IMG/VR virus record: IMGVR_UViG_3300020576_006930
Span: 1 to 64,000 of that record
DNA: 64,000 nt
DNA from: a virus
Taxonomy: Duplodnaviria > Caudoviricetes
Strand: one strand, 5' to 3'
Shown piece by piece: positions 11,169-21,751 of this stretch. The position numbers were made by a program, and so were the translations under genes. Below the pieces are notes generated by a model that saw nothing but the letters and a program-made list of their open reading frames with translations, made no database searches and was not told the origin of the DNA. How positions within the stretch are numbered: position 1 is the stretch's first letter; every line of letters starts with the position of its first letter.

Positions 11169-11504
11169 ATGAATACCAAAAACAAAATCACTCGTGGTCG
11201 GCCCCGTTATCCTGTCAAGTTCCCCAAGGGCGCTTTTACGGTCGATGAGCTGTTGGCCCTGAACCAGCCCAAGGTCAAGTGTGAGCTGACGGCTCGCAAT
11301 CATATTAATCGGGGCCTGAAGGAGGGTAAGTTGGTCAAGCTGAAGGAGAAGCTGACCACGGGTACCGTCGGAGCTCCGGCCTACAAGTTCCAACTCAAGT
11401 CCGCCTATGAGTACAATCTTAATCGCCGGTTGACCAAACTCCCGGCGCTGACGCCGCCTTCTTCCGCTGATGTCGCGGCCACGATGCGGACGATTCTGAG
11501 CTAA
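11169..11504 (+). CDS. Basic putative winged-helix DNA-binding protein with GRP motif
   Basis: RGRPRYPVKFP..FTVDELLALN...GAPAYKF; resembles the C-terminus of 24365-24934. Confidence 0.5.
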   Translation: MNTKNKITRGRPRYPVKFPKGAFTVDELLALNQPKVKCELTARNHINRGLKEGKLVKLKEKLTTGTVGAPAYKFQLKSAYEYNLNRRLTKLPALTPPSSADVAATMRTILS

Positions 11505-11743
11505 TTATGAAATTGATTCCCGCCGTCCGGTCCATTAACGAGCTCCATAATCTGGCGCTCAAGGACCCAAAGTATTATCAGCTGGCCATCTTGGCCAGTA
11601 GCAACCTGGGTGGAGAAACCACGGTAAATTTGGGCAAGGCCATTAACTGGCTCCGGATTAACGCCGATGACACCGATGAGGCCGGCGTGGTGGGTGAAAT
11701 CAATTTCTGTCGGGATTTGGTAAAGTAAAAAACAAAACAAAAA

Positions 11744-12085
11744 ATGAAGACACAAAATCGCAATACGGAGTCCTTTGCGGACCCATCGAAGCCGGTCAAG
11801 ACGCCTAAGAACGCCCGCTATGCTTCCAAGAAGAATTACTTCTCCCGCAACAAGGACGGAGCGGTGAGCAAGCGCAATCGTGATCGTCGGCTGGCCCGTG
11901 TTGCCCGGCGAGCCGCTTACTGGAAGACTACGGCGGGGCAGGCCCGCAAGTTCGCCAAGTTGAATACCCTGGAAAAGACGGCCAAGGCGGCCAAGCGCAA
12001 GGTGGCGCGCGACGCACGTCGGCGGGATCGCAAGCTGGCTGAACAGCGTGGTGAGACCTCGGTTATGGTCCAGACTTTGACCTAA
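11744..12085 (+). CDS. Highly basic K/R/A-rich protein
   Basis: Composition suggests nucleic-acid binding. Confidence 0.55.
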   Translation: MKTQNRNTESFADPSKPVKTPKNARYASKKNYFSRNKDGAVSKRNRDRRLARVARRAAYWKTTAGQARKFAKLNTLEKTAKAAKRKVARDARRRDRKLAEQRGETSVMVQTLT

Positions 12086-12778
12086 TTGTTATGGGCTTCT
12101 GGGACATTGATCACTGGGTTGCCTCTGATGGGGCATCGGACTTTCGTTGGACATTGATTCAGGCCTTCGGGGTTGCGTTAATGCCGGAGGCGGAACGCAA
12201 AACCAATGTGCGCAAGGTGGTAACGAAAGAACTGGCGGACATGGCGAATAACTATAATACTCCAGGTTACCTTAATCTAGCCCTCTGTTTGGAAGTGGAA
12301 GGCAAGGACAAGGGGTACGACGAAGAGTTGCCAGTCTTTTCCCATTTACTCACCACCGCTCAGTTGCGCAAGGCGGACCGCTTGTTTACCAAGGAAATCC
12401 CTCACTGGAATCCTAAACATCGCCCGCGGCTCAAGCAACTCCATAAGGTTATTACCACGCTGATTAAACAGCGGGGCAAAGTCAAACCGTAAATCACAGG
12501 GCCTAACCAGCCCACGCGGAGAAAAAATGAAAATTACCTTTCGGCCCAGTTGGGCCCTTGTCACCGCTATTGTCCTCATCGACTTATTTTGGGCATTAGT
12601 GCTTTATAGCCTGGTGTGGTCGGTGTATAAGTTGTTATTCTGGTCTACCGCTCCGGCCTGGTATGGGGATCAGATATACTTATACCTCATATTATACGGG
12701 CTACTAAGTATCTTTTTAGACTGGAAACATAACGGATTCCGTTGACATTTACCGCCGATAGTATAATATATTGGAAGA

Positions 12779-14191
12779 ATGTTTAAGACTGGATTGCTCA
12801 TCGGCGAACAAGTCGCCCACGCTAAAACGCTACTGGATTCACTTCACCTGAACGGGGTCGCCAATGATATGAGCGACACCGGAGTTGGGAAAACTTATGT
12901 GGCGACGGCCATCGCCGGCGCACTCAAGCGGCCTGTCGTGGTTATCTGTCCCAAGCCGGTCATCCACAAGTGGACTTCCCTGCTCAATACCTACGGGATC
13001 AAGCCGGAGCTGGTCTTGAATTATGAGAAACTTATCCGGGGCAATACCAAGTACCTCAAGTACGACAAAGCGCCCATCAATCCGGTCACCAAAAAGCCCG
13101 AAGAGTTCCCCCGCTGGTGCTTGACCCGGCTCCATTTTCCTGACAATGCGCTGGTGATTTTGGATGAGGCGCACCGCTGTAAAGCGCCCGGCTCCCTGTC
13201 GGCCGGCCTCCTGATCGCCTGTAAGAAGCAGGGCTACAAACTGCTCAACCTTTCCGCCACCCTGGCCTGTAATCCGCTGGAAATGCGGGCGGTGGGTTAC
13301 GCTAACAATCTGCTCCGCAATTACGATTCAAAATCTTATAAAGCCTTTGCGGCGGACCACGGAGCCGAATGGCTGGGCCGTTGGGGCGCCTTGACCTTTA
13401 ATGCGGAGGATGAAAAGGCGCAATCCAAGATGAAGGCGCTTCACGAGAGCCTTTTCAATATTCAGAAGTGCGCCAGTCGGTTGACCCGCAAGCAGATGGC
13501 GGCTTACTTCCCCGACAATCACGTTGACGCAACGGCGTATACGATGGACGAAGTTAGCGCCCGCAAAATCCAAGCCGTTTACGATTGGCTGGAACGGGAG
13601 CTGGAAAAACATTACGAACATACGGAAAGTTTTAGCGAATGTATTCTCTCAGTCATCCTGGAAGCCCGGATGCGCATCGAACTGCTCAAAGTCCCGCTGT
13701 TTGCCGAATTGATTGAGGACTCGTTTGATGAGGGCAATTCCGTCGTGGCCTTCGTCAATTTCAATCAATCATTTGAGGCCTTGTGGACCCGTTTGAACCA
13801 CCGCAAGGATTTACAGGGCTTGATCGCCCAAATCCGGGGTGGGCAAAAGGATAAGGACCGGCAACAAGACATTGCGGACTTCCAAGCCGACCGGAAACGG
13901 ATTGTCCTGGCGAACCAGGCCGCCGGCGGCATCGCCATTGATCTTCACGATTTGAATGGCAAGTTTGCCCGGGAAGCCTTTCTGTCGCCCGACTTTTCCG
14001 CCCCGCGTGTGCTCCAAGCGCTGGGCCGGATTCACCGCCACGGCGGGTTGACCCCGTGTTATCAAACTCTGGTCTATGTGGCCGGAACGATTGAGGAACG
14101 GGCCGTGTCGAAGTGTCAGGCCAAGATTAACAATTTGGAATTGTTAAATGCGGGGGACTTGACGATGGGCTTGCGACTGATAAATGTTTGA
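12779..14191 (+). CDS. Superfamily 2 (SNF2-like, DEAH) helicase
   Basis: DTGVGKT (I), LDEAH (II), LSAT (III), QALGRIHR (VI). Confidence 0.9.
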   Translation: MFKTGLLIGEQVAHAKTLLDSLHLNGVANDMSDTGVGKTYVATAIAGALKRPVVVICPKPVIHKWTSLLNTYGIKPELVLNYEKLIRGNTKYLKYDKAPINPVTKKPEEFPRWCLTRLHFPDNALVILDEAHRCKAPGSLSAGLLIACKKQGYKLLNLSATLACNPLEMRAVGYANNLLRNYDSKSYKAFAADHGAEWLGRWGALTFNAEDEKAQSKMKALHESLFNIQKCASRLTRKQMAAYFPDNHVDATAYTMDEVSARKIQAVYDWLERELEKHYEHTESFSECILSVILEARMRIELLKVPLFAELIEDSFDEGNSVVAFVNFNQSFEALWTRLNHRKDLQGLIAQIRGGQKDKDRQQDIADFQADRKRIVLANQAAGGIAIDLHDLNGKFAREAFLSPDFSAPRVLQALGRIHRHGGLTPCYQTLVYVAGTIEERAVSKCQAKINNLELLNAGDLTMGLRLINV

Positions 14192-14894
14192 CCCGTTTTA
14201 GAGCGGAATCTCTCATTTTCGCACGGGTTTCTGAAGTGAAAATTCTTTTCTTAGCCATTTCACTCATTTTTCTTTTTGTTTCGGAAGAATGTTTTTTCCC
14301 CAACATAGGTTTTCTTCCCTTGGCTAAATCAGATAATTTTTCCCGCGTGGCATTTGAGTGTGTTTTTCCATAGAATGGATTAAGTTTACCTGACAACACC
14401 GTTGGAATTTTTTGTCCCGTGTCATACATCGCTTTAAGGGACTGTGATATTTTATCCTTGGTTTCGGTTGACATAACAACTCCTAATCTGGAATTTCTTA
14501 TTTTGTCTCTAGCAATTTTTGTATGAGTGTTACCAAACATAGGATTGAGTTTTCCTTTAAGAGATTTTGATATTTGTTTACGGATATGTAATGGGTCTAA
14601 TTGGGCATGTTTGGATTTATTGTAAAAATAATTTTTACCATAATGTTTATCCAACCAATTCTGTTCTTCGGCTAAGGCTTCCATATCTGTTTGATGTATG
14701 GAAATTATTTCAAAGGAAAATGCGGTTTGTCCGTATTTATTCCAAGCATTTTGTAGGTGTGGATTTCGATGAATGTTCTTATTAAGATTATTAATGTGGG
14801 CTGACATTCTTCTTTTGAAATTTAATGTGCTTCCAACATAAAAATGTTTTGTTATAGTGTTGACAATTTTATAAACTATTGGTATTGTACTCAT
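14127..14894 (-). CDS. GIY-YIG homing endonuclease with NUMOD3 repeats
   Basis: VYKIVN...FYVGST...R...H; NPMFGNTHT, NPFYGKTHS, GKKHSSETKRKMS repeats. Confidence 0.9.
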   Translation of the reverse strand: MSTIPIVYKIVNTITKHFYVGSTLNFKRRMSAHINNLNKNIHRNPHLQNAWNKYGQTAFSFEIISIHQTDMEALAEEQNWLDKHYGKNYFYNKSKHAQLDPLHIRKQISKSLKGKLNPMFGNTHTKIARDKIRNSRLGVVMSTETKDKISQSLKAMYDTGQKIPTVLSGKLNPFYGKTHSNATREKLSDLAKGRKPMLGKKHSSETKRKMSEMAKKRIFTSETRAKMRDSALKRVKHLSVASPSSSPPHLTIPNC

Positions 14895-15434
14895 ATCGAA
14901 TAAGTATAGTTCGATTTAACTAAAGCGTTAAAACTAATTAAAATGGATGCTCAATTAATTGTGGTATTTCAGAATGGTTATGCGGAGGCCCGTGACCCAA
15001 GGCTGCGCAATCGCTTTGAAGTGGTAAACGTCGCCGCGGCAAAGGATATTAAAAAGACTATTTGGGCCCAACTCATCCGCTTGGACCGGCAGGGGCATGT
15101 GGTAGTCAAGTGGCAGGGCGATATGTTCCTCTGTGAAATGAAACAGGACCGCAAGGGTTATAACCGAACAGAGATTGAATATCACCCGTATCAAGCTCAA
15201 TTTACAATATGAAAGTTTTAATTGTCAGTTCCGCCGAAGGCGATTGGGAAGCCCTGTATGTAGATGGGGTTAAGAAAGTGGAGAACCATACCCTGTCACC
15301 CAGGGATATTTTTAATGTTCTGGGTCTGGATGTGGAATACTATACGCATCCGGAACTGGATGATCCCGACCGGTGTGATCCGCTGATGATGTTCCCTAAT
15401 GAGTGGGATAAGAAAGTCTAATGGTTTTCCGCGT

Positions 15435-15511
15435 GGGCCCTTAGCTCAATTGGTTAGAGCGTGGTACTCATAATGCCCGGGTTATCGGTTCAAGTCCGGT
15501 AGGGCCCACCA
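15435..15511 (+). tRNA. tRNA-Ile2/Met (CAT)
   Basis: Cloverleaf, GGGCCCT/AGGGCCC-A-CCA, loop CT-CAT-AA. Confidence 0.85.
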
Positions 15512-15890
15512 ATATTTAAATGAAAATACCTATTGTTAAAAAAGAAAACGATAAAATCTTAATTGAACTGAATGAACGGCAAGCGGAAATACTTGCTATG
15601 TTATTGGGGACATTATCACCCGCCAAGGTTCGTACGATCATCAATGACTATTTCGGGCGATATTCGGTTGGAAGTTGCCCAGAGTTATGCGCATCCCACA
15701 AGTCGGTAGATGTTCCAGGCTGGCAAGAACAAGATACGATGGTAACGCACCACGTCTTCAGTGGGCTTATCAAGGAATTAAACTGGCATGAAAAATACGA
15801 CAGAGAATATCAAGGTGAAGAAGAAACGTAAGAAAAAACACATTGGCAGATAAATTAAAATTTCCGCGTGGACTGCGATACTTATAGACT

Positions 15891-16073
15891 ATGGACAATT
15901 ATATTACAAACCGAACGGGTAAAGTAGTCGGCCGGACTGATGCGGATAAAGTGTATGACCGCAGTGGCAAGCAATTAGGGCGCTTTAACAAGTCGGAGAA
16001 CCGCACTTATGATCGGAGTGGCAAATATATTGGCCAAGGCGATCAGCGGACATCTTTGATAAAAGAGAGTTGA
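15891..16073 (+). CDS. Small beta-hairpin repeat protein (YDRSGK repeats)
   Basis: Three (Y)DR(S/T)GKxxG repeats; ATACTTAT motif upstream. Confidence 0.6.
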   Translation: MDNYITNRTGKVVGRTDADKVYDRSGKQLGRFNKSENRTYDRSGKYIGQGDQRTSLIKES

Positions 16074-16173
16074 CAAACCAGTTTTGTCGTGTATAATGTA
16101 CACACGATTGAGATCGGCTATTAAGTAGTGTTCAGGGCTTCGGCCGGCGTGACACAACCAATCTCTAAGAATT

Positions 16174-16249
16174 TGCGGAGTAGAGCAGAAGCAGCTCGTC
16201 TGGCTCATAACCAGGAGGCCGTGGCGTGCAATTCCCACCTCCGCTACCA
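16174..16249 (+). tRNA. Initiator-like tRNA-fMet (CAT)
   Basis: Mismatched 1:72 pair, loop CT-CAT-AA, ACCA end. Confidence 0.8.
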
Positions 16250-16302
16250 TTTGGTCTCAAAATATATTTGTTGTTTTGAGCGCAACCAATATACTTATAT
16301 GC

Positions 16303-16758
16303 ATGAAGACATGTACAAAGTGTGGGGTTGAAAAAGAAGAAAACCGATTTAATCGCAGACGTGCTAATACCGAAAAAACGAAAAGCATATGCGTTGAGTG
16401 TGCTAGGGAATGTTCCAGAGAACATTATCGAAATCATAAAAAGATTTACATAAGCCGGGCGAAAATATTTAGTAAGAAACAACAAATTGTTAATCAACAA
16501 AAAATGGTCGAGTTTCTTAAAACGAAACGATGCGTTGATTGTGGTAATAATGATATTAGGGTTTTAGAATTTGACCATCGGAATAGAGAAGATAAGAAGG
16601 AATGTATTGCACAACTCTTAACAAGAAATTCCTGGGAACTTGTAATGAGAGAAATAAATAAGTGTGATATACGGTGCGCAAATTGTCACCGGATAAAAAC
16701 TTCTATTCAGTTTAATTGGTTTAAGAATTTTGACAACAAGCCGTTGATTCGGTTGTAA
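16303..16758 (+). CDS. HNH endonuclease
   Basis: CTKC...CVEC; CVDCG...LEFDH...KCDIRCANCHR. Confidence 0.85.
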   Translation: MKTCTKCGVEKEENRFNRRRANTEKTKSICVECARECSREHYRNHKKIYISRAKIFSKKQQIVNQQKMVEFLKTKRCVDCGNNDIRVLEFDHRNREDKKECIAQLLTRNSWELVMREINKCDIRCANCHRIKTSIQFNWFKNFDNKPLIRL

Positions 16759-17064
16759 GTCAAATCACAGACCGGAATGGCGGCTGTGAAGCCTTTAGAG
16801 GTAAAGCCTACGGCGACTTGTAAACGACCGTGGAACAAACCCTTACCGCAATACAAGTGTGGCAGGCAAGATCAATTCGGTTACTAAACGGGAATAAATT
16901 TCTCATTGAACAGCCGATCTTAAATTTTTTTGGTAAAGGTACCGCACGGTCGAAGGATAGTCAGGCGGCGAAGCTCTCAACCAGGAATTGAACCCTTTAT
17001 CAAGTAAACGCTCAGCCGGAACTTTTCGGTTGCTACGGTGGGCGCTAAAAAGTAACCGAATTTT

Positions 17065-17137
17065 GCGAGTTTGATGTAAGGAGAAGCATGGGTACTTCGG
17101 TATCATGTCCGTGGTGCGTTGCCCGGAACTCGCTCCA
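17065..17137 (+). ncRNA. tRNA-like RNA with a UUCG tetraloop in place of the anticodon loop
   Basis: GCGAGTT/AACTCGC-T-CCA acceptor stem; GGTAC-TTCG-GTATC. Confidence 0.55.
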
Positions 17138-17305
17138 ATTTCCATTCAATGGGCTAGACAATCTAGCAACAGGTCTGGAATTTATATGGGCACGCGGAAA
17201 TTTTCCGTGTTCCACCCCGCTCGCTATAGCGGACTAGAAAATATGGTCGGGTCGCTGACGTTAAAGGCCACGGTAATTATTATTATATAATATCAGATTA
17301 GATAT

Positions 17306-17350
17306 AAAAAAATCCCGCTGAGCTTTATAAGCCTAGCGGGATTTAATTTT
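17306..17350. terminator. Bidirectional intrinsic terminator between converging transcription units
   Basis: aaaaaaATCCCGCT...AGCGGGATttaattttt. Confidence 0.7.
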
Positions 17351-19014
17351 TTGCCGTTGATCGGTTTTACTTAGAGTAATTGGCGCCGAACAATTTTTTC
17401 ATAACTTCATCCGGGCCATCGGTGGAAAACTGCTTCCACTTCTGCGAGCCCTTGTAATCCCAGACACCGCAGTGTTGACCATTGGCAAAGAAGCCCCAGG
17501 AATGTTTTACCTTGTCCGGGTCATCCTCACAATTAGGTTTGAAGCCCAGAACCTTATTGATCTGGGCAACCGTGATGTTGCGTAGTGTACCTGTGCGGCC
17601 GGATCCAGGTCGATTGACAGGAACAATAGTGAGGGGCACGCCAGGTTTTTGGTTTTGTGTTTTGGTCATAAATTAAATACAGGCTTCGTACAGTTCTTCG
17701 TGGCTCGGAAATTCGGAGAAATGGGCCAGGTCCTTTTGCGTTAGATTGAACCGTTTCGGATTTTTCCGTAGGTCGCCGTAAGTCAGAACCTTATCGGAAA
17801 CGATGATATAACCGGACTCCAGCGGGTCCTCAAAAATCAGATAGCCCATCCCGACGATGAACTCCAGTAAATCGTTTCCAGATTCAGCGCTAACATAACA
17901 AGCGCCCTTAAAGGGCCGGATTTTTGGTTTGAATGTTTTGTATTTCATTTCTACTATTATCGCAGATTTTATAAAAAGGTCAAGCCTTTATTTTTCTTCG
18001 GCTAATTCTTGGGCCCGGGTGGCCGCATCTTCAAACTCTGAAAACCAGTCATCGCAGGCCTCCGTTACAGGATAACCACCGCTGGCTTGAGAAACGACAA
18101 TCCAACACTCGGTGAAGTCATCAAACTCAGCCCAGTAGAATAAGCCCGGCTGTTTTACACTTTCAAATTTCTTATTCACGCGGAAATATTATGTTCTTTC
18201 AAATCCCAGAGCCGCAGAAGGAATTCGTCGCCTTCACAATCTTCGCAAGCAATTGTGTTACCCTCTACCGTCGCCGCGCTTAAACCCTGTTCGGTAAGGA
18301 TAACGGAAAATTCCTGGCCTTCATCATCTTCCCAGGTCAATAACAGAATTTGATTTTCCGGGTCGCCCTTGATTTCGCCATCCCAGGAGATACGCACATT
18401 CTCCGCTTCCCCCGCAACTTCCACCGTATCACATTGAGCGATGTGCGTCAACAGATTATTTACTTTTGTTTTGTTTACCATAAAGTTACAAAGACGTCCA
18501 GGGCCTTGTTATTCTTAACATCAAAGCCAGGGGAGCAACCACACTGACAACCACATTTTAGGTTCCAGACGACGGGGAAGCCAACCGGCATCTTAATCTC
18601 CCGTAATACCTTGGATAAGCAATCCTTCCGGAAGCCGGCCACGGTCCAATCCCGCCGGATATTGAATACGGCGATTTTGGTGTGCCGGCGCTTCGGGTTA
18701 GTGGCCGGTTTAACTTGGATGGAACAGATTTTCATTACTTGTACAATTTACAGGACTTTTATAATAAGTCAAGCCCTTTTTAATTCTCTTTTTAGACAAA
18801 GCTCTCTGCGGTGTTTACGAATTGCTTGCTGTTTTTTGCTCATCTTTTGTGTCCAGGGCCAACACTTCAAACAGACCCAGGAACCGTGTAAACAATAGTC
18901 GGCCCGATGATTACAATTTGTACACTTTGGATAAATATTCATAATGCTGCCCAGGTGGGGGGTACTGCCCCACGCGGAAATTATCCGGTGAGGCCGTACC
19001 GTCCCCTGCGGGGG

Positions 19015-19941
19015 TTAGGCTACCACCCGTTTAACAATGTATTCCGGAGTCGCCAGAATTGCCGCCAATCGGGCGGACAACCGGACGATTTGCGCCGTGA
19101 GGTACGCCACCGTAGGGGGGAGTACCGTCCGTTTAATTTTCTTCGGCAGCGCTGCGTTAGTTTTCTTAATCGCGGCCAACTGCTTATTCCAGGACTTGCT
19201 CGCTTCGGTTCCTGTTTTCTGGACGCCGTGAACCAACAAGGCGAAGCTGTCTTCCTGAGCCCATGCGTGGCTGTCGTCATGGTCAATTTCCAGGCCCAGG
19301 GTTTCGGCTTCCATTTCGGAAAAGACGATTTTTGCGCTCTTCAAACCCGCGGCCGCGGCCAACATATCCCAACGGCTACCGACACTCGCATTGAGCTTAA
19401 AGTTAGCGGGAATGGTGGCCTGCCGCCCGACCCAGAACGGGACGCTTTTAGTGTAAGCGTAGAAAATCACGGCGGGCTTGGCTGCGGCCACCGTCATCCA
19501 GGCATTGAAATAAGCCTGGCTAAAAAAGTCGCCGCTAACGTGAACCCGGACCCGTTTCGCATCGGCGGGAAGGGATTCCAGAATGAGATTAGCTAAACTA
19601 ACTGAGTCTTGAGCCGCCTTAAGCCGGTCAAAATTGTGCCAGCGGATTTGCCGCACCGTCGGGTATACCGCCTCCTGCGACGCGGAAAAACATCGCACGG
19701 TTGCCTCCGGGCCATCGGTCAATTTACCGGATTCCCGGCCGACTTTGGCGAGGCACATGGTGGCGCCCGGACACGTCCAACCGGACGGGAGCGAAAAGGT
19801 ATAAGCATCCTTAATCTTAGCATTCTCAAAACTAAAGACCAGGGGTTTGCGAGCCAACTCGGCCGTGAAGATTTCCCGTTTCAAATGGCCAACGGTCAAT
19901 TTCAACGCCTCAATCAATTTGGTTTGTTTTTCAGTAGTCAT
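19015..19941 (-). CDS. GP88-like (phage gene 88 family) protein
   Basis: FSLPSGWTCPGA..C, RVHVSGDFFS..Y..AW, FYAYTKS. Confidence 0.7.
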   Translation of the reverse strand: MTTEKQTKLIEALKLTVGHLKREIFTAELARKPLVFSFENAKIKDAYTFSLPSGWTCPGATMCLAKVGRESGKLTDGPEATVRCFSASQEAVYPTVRQIRWHNFDRLKAAQDSVSLANLILESLPADAKRVRVHVSGDFFSQAYFNAWMTVAAAKPAVIFYAYTKSVPFWVGRQATIPANFKLNASVGSRWDMLAAAAGLKSAKIVFSEMEAETLGLEIDHDDSHAWAQEDSFALLVHGVQKTGTEASKSWNKQLAAIKKTNAALPKKIKRTVLPPTVAYLTAQIVRLSARLAAILATPEYIVKRVVA

Positions 19942-20235
19942 TTATTTGTACAATTTACAGGAGATTATAAAAAGGTCAAGCCCTATTATTGGAAAAATTC
20001 CATTTTGCCCAGTAGTTCAACTACTTCCGGCGTTAAGGCCGCCGTATTCACCACGCGGGAAAAGTCGGGTGGTTCAGGCAGTTCATCGCTGGCAATGTGG
20101 ATTTGGTCCCGGAGGTCCGATTCGGCGGAGTAATCGCTATTCATTAGGGACATATTATCAGCTTTGTCGCAATCGTCAATGCCTATTTTATAAAATCTTT
20201 CTAATCCTAACCATAAGGCAAAACGATATACACAA

Positions 20236-20278
20236 GGGCAGTTGTAGTATCTACCTTCTGGAGCCTTTCGGTCGCCTC
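20236..20278 (-). ncRNA. Repeated small RNA motif, copy 2
   Basis: Homolog of 6369-6410 with a GAAA/GCAA tetraloop swap. Confidence 0.5.
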
Positions 20279-21325
20279 ACAGGAATATAATAACATAGGC
20301 GACTGATTACACAAGCCTTTTTCTAAACTATCTTCCGTTGACTATCAGTAGCTTATGCCGGTGGTTTTTGGCGTGGTACCCGATGTACTGCGTGGACAAT
20401 CGGGATACACAGAACACTAAATACTAGCGAATTATACAACGCAAGAAAGATGGAAAATTCCGGTGCGCCATTGATGAGCAGAAAACTTACGATAAAAGAT
20501 GTGGTGAGGATAGCGCCCATGTACATGAGCCAGGTTTTGAATTGCGGGGTCATAAATTTATCGGTCGTTGAAATCGTCCGGCTCATAATTTACGATGCCG
20601 AATTTCATCTTGTAGCGTTTGGGAGTCCCAGGCTTTCTACGGCGCCACGCCTTTTCCTTCTGCATCGCTTTCTGCCGGCGATAGTTTGGTTTCTCAGTTT
20701 TCATTTGGCTAAACTAATTTTGATTTCCTTGCCCCATAGCCGGGGGTAATCCATACGGAGGATGAGCCGCACCATGCGTTTGTTAATGGTATCAATCAGG
20801 AGAGTCTCTCCCGTTTCTACCACCCTGGCTTGCCATTGTCTAACTTTCGGGATCATTGTAATTTTTCCAGTTGTTCCAGTTGTTCTTTCAATGATGTAAT
20901 ATAATCCGCAATCCACTGCGAATAAGTTTCGGCCGTCACCATTGCCCAAGCGGAATTGACAATTTTCTCATTATGATAGTCATTGCCACATTCAATGCTA
21001 TGAACCGCCTCCGCTTTGGAACTTTCATATGAATCATATTCCAGATCAAGATTCCAGAGAAAATTGTTGAGTAGCGGAGCAGGAAGTGTTTCCCAGCTTG
21101 CGGGTTTAGTTAAAAGTTTCATTTTAATAGATGATGTCAATTTCTGCGATTTCAACGATGGTTACATTGTGTAGATCCAGTCGCCGACAAAAGCGCACCG
21201 CATTACTAAAAGTTTTGAAGTCCCGAGCTTCGTCAATCAAGCCCTTACAAAAGCGCAGATGTTTGTTCTTCCGGGCCGAAATCCACTGGCCATCCAAATT
21301 ATCAATGATAAAAAATTTCATAATC

Positions 21326-21751
21326 TTACCAGCCCTTCCGGCCCGCACAAATCGGACCAATCCCCGTAACTACGGACTCGGGAGTCGTGAGTTTCCGCCC
21401 ACAACAGCAACACTTGCCCTCGTGGTGGATTTCGACTTTCTCCGGAAGGTCTGCGTCGTTGCGATGGGCCCAGATATACTCAAAAGCCTTAGCCGAAGGT
21501 GCGTCCTGACTAATACGGGCTTTCTTGCCGTGCCGATAATCGGCTTCGTTGAAAATAGTGCCCAGATAACAATAGGAATTTTCGTTGTCGGGGCCGTTCA
21601 TCAGCGCTACTGAATGCGGCCGATTCGGGTCAAACTTGGTGACTTTAAAGGTGAACCGGTTACCCGTTTTCCTGGAAACGGCAGTGAAGGTTGCGTTACC
21701 GGCCAGAGCGAATTTTTCAAGTGCGATCATCTGGGGATATATTATCAGCAA
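21326..21751 (-). CDS. DUF6011-like zinc-binding phage protein
   Basis: ATFT..S.KTG.RFTFKV...GPDNE...HEGKCCCCGRKLTTPESV..GIGPICA. Confidence 0.7.
   Translation of the reverse strand: MLIIYPQMIALEKFALAGNATFTAVSRKTGNRFTFKVTKFDPNRPHSVALMNGPDNENSYCYLGTIFNEADYRHGKKARISQDAPSAKAFEYIWAHRNDADLPEKVEIHHEGKCCCCGRKLTTPESVVTGIGPICAGRKGW

Noticed and set aside
18907-20290. Plus-strand ORFs 18907-19596, 19609-20133 and 19847-20290
   Set aside because: Antisense shadows of the GP88-like gene, which has its own promoter and recognisable motifs.
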